Origin: Eledone cirrhosa
Lineage: Eukaryota
Length of the DNA stretch: 64,000 nt
NCBI GenBank assembly: GCA_964016885.1
Contig: OZ024742.1
Coordinates: 6,634,001 to 6,698,000, forward strand
Reading direction: 5' to 3'
Shown: positions 63,265-64,000 of the stretch, piece by piece
How positions within the stretch are numbered: position 1 is the stretch's first letter
How the letters are laid out: each line of letters begins with the position of its first letter
Program-made: the position numbers and the translations under genes
The notes under the pieces: generated by a model
The model's input: the letters and a program-made list of their open reading frames with translations, nothing else
What the model was told of the DNA's origin: nothing
The model's database searches: none

Positions 63265-64000
63265 CAAATACATATATATACAGACTTATATATACACAGT
63301 CATATACATATATATACAGACATATACATATATACACATACATATATATAAACCAGACATATACATATACATACATATACATATATACAGACATATACAT
63401 ATATATATACATACATATACATATATACACAGACATATACATACATACACAGACATATACATATATACACAGATATATACATACATACACAGACATATAC
63501 ATATATACACAGGCATATACATACACACACAGACATATACATATATACACAGACATATACATACACAGACATATACATATATACACAGACATATACATAT
63601 ATACACATATATATACATACATACACACACATATACATATATACACAGACATATACATATATACACAGACATATACATATATACACAGACATATACATAT
63701 ATACACATACATATACATACACAGACATATACATATATACACAGACATATACATATATACACATACATATACATACATACACACACATATACATACATAC
63801 ACACACATATACATATATACACAGACATATACATATATACAGACATATACATATATACACAGACATATACATACACACACAGACATATACATATATACAC
63901 AGACATATACACACACACACAGACATATACATACACACACAGACACATACACACACAGACATATACATACATACACAGACATATACATACACAGACATAT
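63265..64000. repeat. Compound microsatellite/minisatellite, ~18-22-bp unit agacatatacatatatacac
   Basis: Direct reading; it runs off the window end. Confidence 0.92.

Overview
Eukaryotic, repeat-dominated, apparently non-coding window. It is probably cephalopod (Octopus-like), judging from an OK-type tRNA-derived SINE at 62379-62567 and dense (AT)n/(GT)n microsatellites. About 59 kb (~3144-62120) is one head-to-tail array of an 81-bp, strongly G-skewed satellite monomer (roughly 660-670 copies), with both boundaries in view. The array shows block duplications and higher-order repeats (36-, 36-, 20- and ~19-monomer periods) and regional variant zones. It is interrupted four times (48448-49361, 50821-52340, 54450-55949, 56865-57747) by a non-autonomous Helitron on the minus strand (5' TC, 3' hairpin + CTAG, inserted between A and T, no TSD), always at the same nucleotide of the monomer. 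Two copies are partial dimers consistent with self-insertion. The Helitron's internal 37-bp repeat shares an exact 12-mer (CTATATCACCTC) with the satellite in the opposite orientation. The huge minus-strand ORFs are best explained as a by-product of the 81-bp (27-codon) G-poor monomer, and I call no protein-coding gene.
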